IMG/VR virus record: IMGVR_UViG_3300022752_000018
Location: 32,001-96,000 of that record
Strand: one strand, 5' to 3'
DNA length: 64,000 bases
From: a virus
The translations under genes were made by a program, and so were the position numbers. The notes beneath the pieces were generated by a model. That model saw only the letters and a list, made by a program, of their open reading frames with translations, had not been told where the DNA came from and made no database searches. Below, in pieces: positions 22,312-37,300 of this stretch (the first letter of the stretch is position 1; every line of letters starts with the position of its first letter).

Positions 22312-25300
22312 TTAACTCTGTAACGCTAGAATGTATGGTGTTACAACACCTAACAAGCTCTTGTTAAATGCTCTACCTATAATACTACCTGAGTCACGCT
22401 TGATTGTTAAGTCTGGACCAATTCTAAAGTCACCCTTTTCATCTGTACTGGTGAAGTTAATAAATCCGCCCTTGTCACTAACCAATTGATTCTCTGGTTT
22501 TGGTACACCGCCATTGTATGGTAGCGCACTATCTACGTCAATACCAGTTCCAACCCACTCTAGAGTGTGGCCAGTTGTAGTAATTGTACTAACTTGGTGG
22601 AATGTAGCATATGTGTTATCATCGACACTACCATTAAATGTAGCATCAAGTTGTAGTACACTAATATATCCATTAGTCAAGATATCAGTAAATGCATCCA
22701 TTAATGTAGTAATATTAGTTACTTCACCATCTGTTGCTTTTGGATTACTCTTATCCTGATCCACATAGTTTTGAGCAGTAACAATTGCATCATTTAATAC
22801 TACCTTTCTTGCTAGAGCATCTAGGTACACGAAACATGCTACTGTAGCACTCTTACTATCTGCTGGTATCTGGAAACGACCACCACTGTAATACTGTTCA
22901 GCAGCAAACTTAGTTCTACTATTACCACCATAGATCAAGTCGTATGCTAGGGCATCAATAGTTAATCCTACATCACGCTTACATGTGTCTTGTAAGTAAC
23001 CAAATCCAGCGTAAGTTTCGTTGATAAATGTGATTGTATTTTCGGCGATAGTTGGAATACTATCACGTACAATCGCACGTACAATTAAATTGTCTGGCTT
23101 GAAGTTATCAACATCAGCGAACACTGGGTCAACTAGTGCTGGAGCTGCTGTTGCACCGCCTCTGATAACATCGAGCGTAATTTGTACTAGATCACTTACA
23201 CCAGTCAATGAGCTTGGATCTGTTCTTGTCTGTAGTGTACTATTACCTGTAGTTGCTGTTAGTGATGTACCATCTACAATATCATCAATGATATTCTTAA
23301 GATGAGTAAATCCACCAACTGTTGGTCCTTTTGTAGCTAGAGGTATCATTAATCCACCTTTGTAAGCATACTCAAGAGCTGCTGTTCTAGACTCTTTGTT
23401 ACCACCATACAGTGCATCAAATGCTAGAGCCTCAACAATAAACTCAACATCTCTTCCACACTTGGCTTCATTGTACACGAAGAACTGTACTGAACTACCA
23501 GTAGCCTGTGTAGCATCACCTAATGTGTTCACGAATGCTCGTTTAATATCAAAACTTACATTAGCCTTCATACTACTTGCACTAGCAGTTACTCCGTTGG
23601 CTTGCGATACTGAAGTCTTCAATCCATTAATTGTAGCATTCACCGTTACATTTGAAGCTGTTCTTTGAACATTTGCTACTGTATTAGCACTAGCCAAAGT
23701 ACTATCTGGGTTGTTAACTACTAATACTAGGCTGTCGACAGCAGCTTCTGCGGCTGAGGCCTTACTAGCAGCACCAGTTGTATGTGTTCCTTTAGAAACA
23801 ACATCCTGTAATGGTGTGTAAGCACTATTGTTTAGTATGATTCCCACTAGGTCTGCTAGGAATTGATAAGCAGCAATAGTTGCAACTTTCTCATCCTCAC
23901 CACCAGTGATATCAATATCATCAATATTGTTTGGATGTGAACCAAGTGTTAATTGATTACCTTCCCAATATGATAATGCGGCTTCAATAGTTTCAGCGTT
24001 TACACCATAGGCCATATCATAACGCAGTGCGTCAATGATGTACTGAACATCTCTTTCACACTTGATCTTGTTATAATCTAGTTCTGGATAGTTTCTATCT
24101 AGATATGCACGTACTTCAGCCTTAATAAAGTTACTATAACTTACTAGTGTATTATCTACAGCTCTTGGATTAGTTGCAGCAGTTGTTGTTATAACAAGTG
24201 CTGGTGTTGCTATTACTCCACGATCAACAATATCAATAATTGTATCCATCAACGCACGAGCATCTGTCTTTACTGATCCAGTTGTTGACTGACTTACAAG
24301 TCTCTTGATCAAGTACAATGAACCAATTGTTGCTTGCTTTTGCTCAGATGTAACAACCTTACTATAACTTCTTAAGTATGCTTGTGCTGCTTTAATACTC
24401 TTATAGTTACTTGCTGCTGGAATATCTGCTGCTAGGGCATCAAGAATTAGATCAACATCACGCTCACACTTGGTTACTGTTGTACCAGTATAATCTAGAT
24501 ATTCTCTACTATTGATATACTCAAAAATCTTAAATTGAGTAGCCTCTTTACTAGCAACTAATGTTGTAAATGCACTAACTAAATTAGTAGCACCACCTGC
24601 TGTACTTGGGGCTCCTATTACTAAAGCTTTTGCCTGTGCTGCATTTGTTGCATCAGTATCAGTATCTAGTACACCGGTAATAATAGCAATTAATGTATCA
24701 ACATAACCATCAGCTGTAGCATCAACATTAACTAGAGCCTTAATATTAGTAGCTAGAGATTCAAAAGCAGCCTTTGTGGGAGCTTTTTCACCACTACCTA
24801 AATTAACAGTGGCAGTTCCTTCATAGTATGACTTAGCTGCCACTGTTACGCCCCAGTTACCACCATATAATACATCGTGAGCCAATGCGTCAACTACATA
24901 GTTCAAGTCTCTTGTACATTTATTTGTCTGAGCACCTGCTGTTAAGCTTAGTCCGCTTATTACACCAGATACTAGAGTAGACTTGTTAGTTACAATAGCT
25001 GCACTAGCATTCTTACGTGATGCAGCACCTGAAGCTGTTGTAGTATCAGTTGGGTATAACAATGTTACATTAGCATCAGTTTCGTCATTGATAATATCAA
25101 TGACTACGCTTAACTTAGCACGTACGGCACTTATTGCATCGGAATTAGTACTTACTACAGAACTTACAATGCTCTTAGCTTGAGTTAAACCAGCAAGTAT
25201 AGCCCATTTCTGTGCTGATGCTAGTGCTCCGCTTGCTGAAGCACGTAGATATGAACGACCTGCTTGTACACTTAGGAAGTTACTGCCTGTTACCATATCA

Positions 25301-28300
25301 GTAAACACCGCATCTAAAATCAATCCAATGTCACGTTCGCACTTTTGTACTTCATAAACAAAGTATGAACGATTGTTTACCCAACGAATTGTCTTGGCCT
25401 TAGCATTAGCAACATTGCTAATTAGAATGTTTCTAGCTGCTTCTAATGCATTTCTACTGCCTAATAATTCTGGATACTCTACTGCTGGTACTGTGTATGT
25501 AGCACTAAAAACAACTCCAGTTATAATTGCAATTAGAGCAGTTACTCTTGCGTCTAAATCTGCAGGAGCACTACTATTATTAATAATGTAATCTCTTACG
25601 CCATTAAATGCTGCAATAGTAGCAGCTTCTTCACCAGCATTGGTTAACTGAATAGTTCCAGTACCATTTCTGTAAGCCTTAGCAGCAATAATACTAGCCC
25701 AATTTCCACCGTATGTGATGTCATGAGTTAATGCTTCTAATACATATCCAATATCTCTATTACATTTTGCTGCGTTTCCACCACCACTATTATTACTGGC
25801 TGTAATACCAGCTGCTTTAGCATTAGCAATATTGTTAGCATTGAGTAACCATCCATTTAGAGCTACTTGATCTGCTGTTGTAGTTACATTAGCAGTTGGA
25901 ACAACTACCGCTGGTAAGCCTGTGACGCTTTCTGCATTTATTGTATCAATGATAATATTCATACTGGCCTTAATACTAGCTACAGCATCAGCATTACCTC
26001 CTACATAATTAATTAACAAGTTCTTTAAGTACTTGAACGCTAATAAAGTAATATGCTTTTGTTGATCAGTTAATACATTACTTGCATATTGACGTAGATA
26101 TGAACGAGCAGCAGTTACAGTATGGTAGTTACTACCTGTTACCATATCGTAGGCTACAGCATATGTTAAGAACTCTACATCACGAGCACACAATGCCTCA
26201 TCATAATTAATCTTAGTATATGTCTTATTAATATAAGCAATAACTTCGTTCTTAATGAAAGTCTTGTTGGCTAGTAAGATTGCGTTTGCTTTCTCACGCT
26301 CAGCATTACTTACACCACTATAAGTAATTGTTGGAGTAGCTTGATTTCCAAGACCAGTTTCAATAATTTGAAGTATAATATCCATATTATCGGTAATACG
26401 CTCTTTACTAATAGCATTTGACGCTGCAATACCCATCAATACTTGTTTTAAGTATGTAAATGCTGCTATAGTAGCCTGCTTCTGATTTAGACTTGCTAGG
26501 GCATCTGCTGCTAGATTTAGATCTACACCTTGAGTAACTGATCTATAATAGCTACGTCCTGCTGTAATACTACGGAAATTGCTGTTGAACAACATATCCC
26601 AACGTACTGCATCAATCAATAGTCCAACATCACGAGCACATTTTGTCTTATTATAGACTAGTGCTGGGAAATTAGTATCTACATAATTAGTTACCTGTGT
26701 CTTGATTGCATCTGTTTGACTTCTAATTGCTACTGAGACTTCCTGAATAGCTACTTCAGACCAACTTGCATCTGCGTATACCTCTGTATCTAATGAATCA
26801 TCGTCAATTAGAGCATTAACATTATTAATCAATGCATCAATCATTGGGTCAACCATATACTGATCTACATCACTATAAGTTTTGATTCTAGTACCTAATG
26901 CTGTAAATGCTGCTTGAGTCTTATCAACGTGGTCTGCACTTGTACTTCCTGAACCTGCAACTCCCTCAAGTACAACACCATCATAATAACTACGACCTGC
27001 AACACATGTTTCCATGTTTCCGCCATAGGTTAAATCATATTTGATAGCATCAATTAAATAACCTAGGTCACGTAAACATGTAGTCTTACTATAATTATTA
27101 CCAAAGGTATTTGTTACATTAGTATCTAACCAACTACCCATGTATGTTAGTAAATTGGCTCTATTTGCTTCAATGGCATCAACTGCTTTTCTAATTACTG
27201 TATTATTGGCATTACGAGTTGTCTCACCAAATTCTAATACATCAATTACAACATTCATTGCACCTTTGACTCTTAGGGCAGCAGTGACATTATTGCCTGT
27301 AATTTCAACTAATAGACCTTTTAAGAATCTAAATGCTGCTAGTGTGGCTGCTTTCTGAGTAGTTGTAACTACACCAGCACTGGTCATATTTCTATAATAT
27401 GCCTTACCAGCTGTCCAACTACGGAAGTTTGTGCCAAACATCATATCATAACGTACTGCTTCTGTAACTAACTTCACATCACGTTGACATGTCTCTGCTG
27501 TATATGAGAAACCTGGGAACTGTGCGTTCACATAGTCAGTAACTTGTAGGGCTAAACTATTCTTACGATCAAGCATTGTACTTGCAATTAGTGCTAGATT
27601 ATTATCCACCCAACTTGTACTTGGACGTACTTCATCTATTTCTGTTAGATAATCTGGCAATGCTGTTCCTCCGCTTGTACCTGAATAAGGAGTTGAATTT
27701 TTAACAAATGTTTGACCAACTGCTGGAGAAGCACTTGCGCCCATATCAGTCCAATTTACACTTGTACCTAATTCAATAATTACATATTTTTGACCTGGAA
27801 CTAAAGCGCTAGCATTCACTAAGGTTAGAGCAGAAACAATTGTTTTGACTAGATCACTTGCTTTTTTAGCTGCATCTGTGCTTCCTGGAGCATTTGCTCT
27901 AATTTGTGATGGGCCTGCAAAAGCAGCAGTGCCTGCACTAATAGTAGTATGTGCTGTATTTTTCGCTACATTCTCGACAACTGTTGCTAAACGTGCAAAA
28001 GCATTTTTAGTAGCAGTAATATGGGCTGCATTTGGAGGTGAAGCACCTAAAACTGTACCTGAGTAATAAGCCTTAGCAGCTAATACAGTTTCCAAATTAC
28101 CACCATAAGTTAAGTCATAACGTACTGCGTCTAAAATTAATCCTACATCACGTAAGCACTCATCTGTAGTAAAGCCACCGCCGAAACTTGTAAGATTTAC
28201 TAATCCTGCACCACCATTCCCACCTGCGCCACCTGTGCTTAGTAGATATGATCTCATATCTTCTAGAATAAAGTGTCTATTCTCCTCGATACGATCACGA

Positions 28301-31300
28301 GCGTTTAGGAAACCAATATCACTAGCGTTTGGAGTTCCACCATATGGTGTGCTCACGGCTGGTAATGTTGCTAGGGCTGCTGTTTCATTTGCTGCTGATA
28401 GTAAATTAATTACAATATCCATCAATGCTGCTACACGATCCTGCGCCACTTTATCAGTTTTAACTAAGTCATCAAGAGCGACCTTAACAACTTCAAATGC
28501 TTTCTGTGTAGCTAACTTCTGATTGCCAACTACTGTACTTGCTTGAGCACGATAATAACTGCGAGCAGCCACGATTGTGCGGAAGTTGCTGTTAAACATC
28601 ATATCCCAGCGAACTGCATCAATAATCAACTTAACATCACGCTGACATTTATCAACATCATATACTAAGCCCGCAAAGTTAGCATTAACATAATCAGTTG
28701 TGGCCTTGGCTACTGTGTTAGCAGCAGCCTTGAGCTTGTCACTGAATACATATAACTCACTATCTACCCAACTTGTATCAGCCTCAATGGCCGCTGGCTC
28801 TTCAATACGCTGATCAATGAAACTAATAATATCATCTACTAGTTTTAATGCTGCTGTTTCGCCAGCTCCTGCTGCTGTCTGTGCTGCAATCAATGTTTTT
28901 AATTGTTTGTAAGCATCAATTGTTGCTAATCTATCATCACCTGGGAGGGCTGTACCATCATAATAAGCCTTACCTGCAACAATAGTTTCTTGATTACCAC
29001 CAAAAGTTAGATCATATGTTATAGCATCTAATATTAGTTTAATATCCTTACGACATGTTGATTCAGTATAAACTAAACCATTAAAATTACCATTTTGATT
29101 AGTACGTTCTGTATTAATAAAAGTAATTAAGTTATCTTCAATAGTTTGTCTATTAGTATTAATATCATTACGAGCAGCGATTCTACTGTTTTGATCAGCC
29201 GCAGCAGCATCATATTCTGCTTGTGTATCAAAATCATTAACAGTTATTGAAGGTGGAGTAATTAGATAGTACTTACCTGATCCACCTGGTTTATCTGGGG
29301 TCGAATCAGCAGCAGCATTAAATCCTAAATTATTCAACGCTGTGTTATCGCTGGCCAGAATAGCTAAGAATATATCAAATAATCTTTCAGCACGTTGACG
29401 GAAACTAATAGTTTGTACACTACCACTACCACCTGTTGCTGTATTTGGTGTACCTGTTGCTACAAAAACTGTTCCTACTGTGTTATTTCTAGCCCCGAAA
29501 GTACGATAGTCTGTATAATAGTAAGCTGTACCTGTACCAGTACCTGAACCAGTTGCTGTAAATATAGTACCTGAATTATTGTCTGCTGCACCAAGTTGTG
29601 TAAAGTCAGTGGTACTACCAGTACCATAAACGATTTGATATTTGCCACCTACAATAAAGCCGCCTGCTTGGACTAGAGTTTTCCCAGTACTAGTAATCTT
29701 ATATTCACGACCAACTACTAGTGCTTCGGCTGTTGTTTCAGCATCTAATGTTTCAATATCTGATAGACCTTGTGTGATAACTTCATCTAAAGATTCTAAA
29801 CTTGGTCTAATCTCAAATGTTAATCCTGCTGTAGAACCTGCTGTACCTAATGTAGTATCAATTGGTGCACCATCAACTTCTTCACTCAATTGGAACGAAG
29901 TTGTTGTTGGGTTACCGATAACATAATATGTCTTAGGTTGGGTACCAATATTTGTATAATTTTCTAAAGTACCTGCACCTGTTCCATATACTCCACTTAC
30001 ACGTATTGGCTGATTTTTCTTAATTGGTTGTAAGAGATCAGTTACTGGTGCTGTACAACTAAACTGACCACTAGTACTTGTAATAGTAACTCCTACTAAT
30101 TTCTTACCTAATACACGTTCCTTTAGTTCTTTGAACGCACTGATATTAGCAGCCGCTTGTGTACCAGTTATAACACTAGCAAATGATCTACGATAACTAC
30201 GACCTGCAGATATAGTTCTGAAACTTGTATTAAACATTAGATCATAACGAATAGCATCCAATACTAGACCAACGTCTCTACGACACTTGGCTTGATCATA
30301 ATCAACTACAGGAGAAATACTTGTAAATGTGTTAATGTTATTCACATAATCAATGATTACATCTTGAAGTCTTGGCTTTTCTTGTACAATTGTGGTACTA
30401 ATTTCTTGAAGTAATGGATTGACCCATACTTGATTTGGTAACACTGTTGTTGCAACAGCGCCAGCGCCAGCTTCTATTAGGTTTCTAACCTGTAGAACAA
30501 GATCACGTGCCTCTGTAGCAGCCAATGTATTAGTTGAAGCACCTAGAGCAGTGTTAACCGTAGCAAGAACTTGCTCTGACAAGTATGTATATGCTGCTAC
30601 AGTAGCAGGAATCTCACCTGCATTTGTAAACACTGTACCGTCATAGTAGGCCTTACCAGCAACCATAGTTTCCATATTGCCGCCATAAATGAGGTCATAT
30701 GCCACTGCATCTAATAAGAAACCAATGTCCTCTTCACACTTGTCATCATCATAAGTAAATGAACTCCAAATACTACCTACAGCCGCACTACTTACTTGTG
30801 TACTAATCCAAGTTGTCACTGCTGTCTGCAATGTACCCTTAGCAGTCAATATAGCATCAGCGGCTACTTTGAATGATGAGTCACGATTAACAATACCTGC
30901 TGGTCTTGCCAGTGCGTATACACTACCGCCTGGTAATGGTACACGAGCAGTTGGTACACTGCCACCGCCAATAATACTTGAAATCAATTCAAAACTACGT
31001 GTGATACTAGCAATTGCATCTGCATCATCTAATAGTTCAACTACTTTCTGCTTGGCAAAATCAATACCGCCTAGTGTTTCTTGTAATTGATCTGTTATAA
31101 CCAAACTACTTGTAGCACGACGATATGCTAGACCTGCTTTTACACTGTTATAATTTGTGCCTAATAATAGATCATATAAGGCTGCATCAATAATTAGTCC
31201 AACATCACGACTGCAACGACTTTGATCATAAGTCTTGTAGTTAGCAGTAATATAAGCTACCACTTCTTCCTTCAAGAATTCCTTATTAGCAATCAAACTA

Positions 31301-34300
31301 TTAGCAGCATTGACAGCATTAGGATTAAAAGCAGCACCAATTGGCGGAACATTAACCACTGGTGGGGCTACTTCAACACCTTTGTCAATAATATCAAACA
31401 TTACATCAAATAAGTTTGTAATACGACCAATAGCAGCCTCATTCTTAACTAGTGGAGGCTTCTGACTGATTTCAATTACACGATCACGGATAAACTTAAT
31501 AGCCTGTAGTTGTGGACCAATCTGTGTGCTGGTTACAACATTAGCAGCCTTCTGTAAGTATACACTACCTGCTGTGATACTTTGGAAGTTACTGTTTAAT
31601 ACCATGTCATACATAGCAGCGTCTAAGATCAAGCCTACATCACGAGCACATTTTTCTGTGTTGTATTGTAGGATAAAGCTATCAATATAATCTGCGATAC
31701 GAGCTTGTAATTCAGCTTTTTGTTCTTGTACAGCAATACGAACATAGGCCAATGTTTCATCACCTGCTAAAAAGTCTGGATTAACTCTTAGTGGTACTTG
31801 TTTTACACCACCTTTAACAACATTGATAACAATATCAACCAATTCACCTAGTCTTTGACTTGTTTCAATGCTACCTGCTGTACCTTTAATCTGTTCTAGA
31901 GACTTTTGATAACTCTTTGCTAGCGAACTTCTTGCTACATCAAATATCAAGTTGCCTAGATAGTTATAAGCACGTATTGTAGCTTCAATTTCATCATCTG
32001 GTAAACTCTTTTGACTTGTACCTGCATAGTATGCCTGGCCTGCCCAGTTGCTTTCCATGTTACCACCGTAGGTTAAATCATAGAAGATAGCGTCAAGAAC
32101 TAGATCTAGATCTTCATTACATTGTTTTCTATCAAAACTAAAATCTGTAGAGTATATACCAGCTGGATTATTTTGGAATCCTTCTCTGTTTTGACGTTGT
32201 TGTTCATCAATCCAATCAATAACTTCGGCCTTTAAGAAATCTCTATTGGCTTCAATTAAGTCACGTGCTTTACGAATACCCAAATCATTAGCGTTATTAT
32301 TTCCACCTACTGGCAATGGCAATTGTTTGCTAGGTAAGTTTAATAATCCATTAACTGTAGTTAAGTTTGCTGCTCGTATCACTGATATTAGTAGATCCAT
32401 CAATTGTGTAATTCTATTGTATGGACGGCCTCCTGAAGTGATTCCTGGAATCTGACCTTCACCTTTCTGATAAGCAACAAAAGTTGGGTATCTTGCTGGT
32501 AATCTTTGTAAGATTGTTTTCAAGAATGTGAACAATAAGGCACTTTGTTCTTTTTGTGGATATACACTATTAGTTGTTGTACCTGTGGCCAGTGCGCTAG
32601 CACTTTGCTGTCTCCAATAACTACGAGCAACTGTACTTGTTCTGAAACTTGATCCAAACATTAAGTCATAACGTATTGCATCTAATGTTAGTAACACATC
32701 ACGTTCACACTTTTCAATATCATATGTGAACATTTCATAAACTGTGCCTTCACCAGTAGCAGCGGTTGGAGCACCTGTAGCAATAAATGTTGAATCTACA
32801 GTAGCAGCAAATGTACCAGTAGAATATGTAGTCCATGATGTTACAGGAGATCCAGGTGATTTAATCTTATATCTGCGACCTGCAACCATATCACTGGCTT
32901 TTAGCACTCTTACTACTTTACCATTACCTGTACCTGGTGTATTATTTGCCACAAACTCATCACCCACTGCTGCTGTGTTACCACTAGCACGATGGTTAGC
33001 CCATGTTGTTGTAGTACCAAAATCAGCAATCTTATAGGTCTCGCCCTGTACAATGGATGTTACTGGGATTACTACAAACCAATCTGTCCAAGTTCCGACT
33101 GCAACAATATCATTACTGCTTGGAGCAAGTGAACCAAACTCTCTTAGTGGTCCTGATGCTGGATCTGTAATTGCTACTGGACTAGCATTAAATCTAGCTG
33201 CATCTAGTTGCAATCTTACCCATTCTGTAATTTGACTTTGAATACTGTTCCTACCACTATAGCCAGTATTTGCGTCATCATTAGTCTTCATAAGTTCGAT
33301 CATTGTATTGGCATTTTTCAAATCTTCTTCAACCCATGAAATATCTGGTGTTGAAATATTTTCTTTTGACCAATACGCACTGCCTATAAATGGTGTTTGC
33401 TCTTTATTAGTTTGTTTTGCGACCCAGAAAGTTCCTTCAAATACAACTAAATCACGAGCAACATATGTTGAACTATTTTTCCATGAGCCTTTCCATGTAT
33501 AGCCTGTTCTTACAAAATCTCTAATTACAAATGCTAGATTTTTTGCTGTTTGAGCACCTGCTACACTGCCTGCTTCACCTGTTACTTGTGGGAAAATTAC
33601 TTGAATGTCACTAACATCAATACCTTGAGCAATTAATTCTACATAACCCTTCAACTTTGTGAAAGCACTAATAGTAGCATCAATTTCATCTTGATCTGGT
33701 AATGTAGCGTTTTGACCTGGGGCACTTAAATCACCAGCACGAGTTCCTCTATAATATGCACCACCGGCAATAATACTTTCCATATTACCACCATAGGTCA
33801 TGTCATAATACACTGCATCAAGTATTAGATCTAAGTCTCTCGCACATGTTGACTCTACAAAATCTAAATCTACTAGATTAGGATCTGTTCTTAAGAACTT
33901 TAGAACTTGAGATTTGATAAAGTCTCTATTAGATTCAATTAAGTTTCTAGCAAAACCATACTTAACTGTACCACTTCTTGTTGTATTATAGCCTGTTGGG
34001 CTTGGTAATACATAAGCAGGAATAGCCTTCTCACCCTTGTCAACAATGTTGATCAATAGATCCATTCTATCTTTAACACGCTCTAAGGCTGTAGCATTTG
34101 TACTAACAATAGAACTTAATTTTTCCTTGGCAAACTTAAATGCTTCGATAGTAGCAAACTTCTGTTCACCTACTACTTTACTGGCCACAGCACGGAAATA
34201 TGCACGAGCAGCAGTAATAGTACGGAAGTTACTATTAAACATCATGTCATAACGAACAGCATCAATAATACTTCGTATATCTTCTTGACAATCAGATTGA

Positions 34301-37300
34301 TTGTATGTTAAAGCACCTTGGAATCTATCATCAATGTAGTCAGTTACTAATGTTGGAACATTGGGTTGACCATTAGCACCAGTTTTACTATCCACAAGAG
34401 CATCGCTTAGATCAACTAGATCTTGATCTACCCAATCTGTGTCTGCTGGATCTTCTGTTGGATCTGCAACATTATTATCTACACTTGCTATAACAACTTG
34501 AATTAGATCAGCAGCCGCAGCACCAGCAAAAGAATCACCTGCTGAACCTGTCTTATTTTGCTCAATTGTATATAAAGCCACTTTTTCTAATATAGCATCT
34601 CTTAATAGTTCAAATGTAGCAACACTGCCATCTTTTTGACCACTTACTACTAGGTTTACTGTGCCATTACCTGTACCTGCAACTGCGGCTGTGAATGTAT
34701 CACCTACTGCATATGTAACACCAGTTGTACCAGCAGCAATATTCCAATCTGTAAGGCTTCCTGCTGTACCTAAACTAACAATCTTATACTTTTTACCTGC
34801 CACAAAACTACCAGCTGTAACTGGTGTACCAGTAATTACTCTATCACCTGTGCCTAATACATCTGACAATCCACTGAATCCACGATAGTAAGCGTTACCA
34901 GCTAACTGGCTGCGATAGTTGCTGCCAAACATTACATCATAACGTACACTATCAATAACATCATCAATATCTGCTTCACATTGTGTTTTCTGTGCGCCAG
35001 CATAACCAATATCAAACTTGGTTGTTAGTAATGTATTAACTTCAGCTTTAACAGCGTTTCTGAAACTAGTAAGATTAATAGCATCACTTAGAGCAACTAA
35101 TTTACTATCCACCCAACTTGTGCTTGGTAGGTCTGCGGCTAGTGCTGACGTTGAAACTTTACCATCAATTAGAGGAACAATAACTTCTTTTAATAATGAT
35201 TTAGCTTTGGCAGCAGCAGTACCAGTTGCATCACCTTGTCCAAACTTTTGTACCACTGCATTTTGTTTGGTATTTCTAATAGTTGTGGCCCAACTTTGAC
35301 CTCGTGCTACAACTTCTAGAAGATCACCTAAATAATTGTATGCGGCAATACTTTGATCTAATTCACCTAATAATGAATCTGGAGTATCTGTACCTGCAAC
35401 CTTTACTGTACCATCATAGTAGGCCTTACCTGCAAGATGACTTGCTGTTCTACCACCATAGGTTAAATCATAAAGTACAGCATCAAGCAAGAAGCCAACA
35501 TCTCTTTCACACTTGTCTAAATCGTAATCAAATATTAACTTTAATGTTGTATTATTTGGCCAATCTGTATAAACAGGAGTCGAAGAAGTGCTATTTACAG
35601 TATCATATTTTCCTGCTTTTGTACCATCCTGTGCTCTTAATACACCAGTAAATGTTGTTGATGTTTTACTTGTATAAGTAACAACTTCTGTACCAATTAC
35701 TAGTTTACCTGCCTCTGGGAATCCTTCTGTGCTGGTAACTGTAATAGTAGTTGCCGATGTAGATAATGCACCGTTTAATTGTGTATTAATATTCTTAATA
35801 AATCCTGTTACTTCAGCAACTAGGAAGTTTCTATTACCAGAAATTAACTTCACAGCGTTTAGATAGTCTACATCAGCAGCAGTTCCAGCACCTGAAGTTG
35901 GGGCAGGCATGACAAATGGTCTCTTTGGAGTAAAGTTTGGACCATCTTTCAATAATTTAATGATTAAATCAAAACTGCTGTTAACTCTTTGCTTGGCTTC
36001 AAATTGCTTACTTGTAGGTTTTACATCTTTTAATTGAACTACTTCAGCTAGGACTTCTTTCAATCTTTCATAAGCAGCAACAGTTTGAATGATCTGCTTT
36101 GGAATAATTGATTTTGGTGTAACTGCACCATCAAAGTAACTAATAGCAGCCTGTGTTGTATCAACATTACCACCATATAGTACATCATAGCACAGTGCAT
36201 CAATTAAGAAACCTACGTCACGAGCACATTTATCTCTGTTATAAGCAAAATTAAAGTCAACAAATTCTGTAACACTTGTCTTTAATTTGTTTACTGTTGC
36301 TGTTACGCCTAGTTTATCAAAGAATACTTTAATACCACTATCTGTCCATGAGGTAGATGGGGCTACGGCAGGAGCAAGATCAAGTACAACTGTACCAGTA
36401 CCAGTACCTGCTGTAACAGCCGCTGTGAATATATCACCTACAGCATAAGTCACACCTGATGTTCCAGCAGCAGTATTCCACTGAGCATTTGTAGTACCTG
36501 TTAAATTAGTAATTCTATAATTCTTACCAACAGTTGCGGCACTAATAGTAATACTTGTATCATCAATATAATCAGTAATGATATCAATTAAATTATTGGC
36601 TGGTGTAACACTAGCACTGGTATTATCATCAATAATTGTCTTTAACTGAGCATAAGCAGCAATAGTTAATGCCTTTTCTCCAGTACCTAATGCTAGTCCA
36701 ACGTCACTTGTTTTACCATAATAAGCAGCAGCAGCAATTCTTGTTTCTAAATTACCACCGTATGTTAGGTCATAACGTAGTGCATCTAAGATATATTCGA
36801 CATCACGACGACAAGCATTTTCATCATAACTTGGGTTATTAAAAGTTGCTTTGTTATTATTAATCCAAGTAATTAAACTATTTTCAATAGTTGTACGATT
36901 ATTTTCAATGTCATTACGTAAGTCCCTACGATCAGGAACAAAAGCATTGCCTGTACCACTTGTTGGATCAGTTACTAGGAATGCTGGCTCAACTGCTAGA
37001 CCATTTTCTAGTATACTTAGTATAATATCCATACTACGTGCTACACGTAACTGGCTAGTAGTTTCTGCATTGGTTGGATTACCAGTAATGGCTGGTTTTA
37101 CAATTTCTAACAACTTTTCTTTCAAGTGTTGGAATGAGGCAAGAGTAGCAGATTTTTGATCTTTCACAACTACACTGGCCATTTGTCTGTAATAACTTCT
37201 ACCAGCTACAATACTACGAATATTGCTGTTAAATAACATATCATATTTTACAGCATCAATTACATAACCAACGTCACGAGCACACTTAGCTCTATCATAA

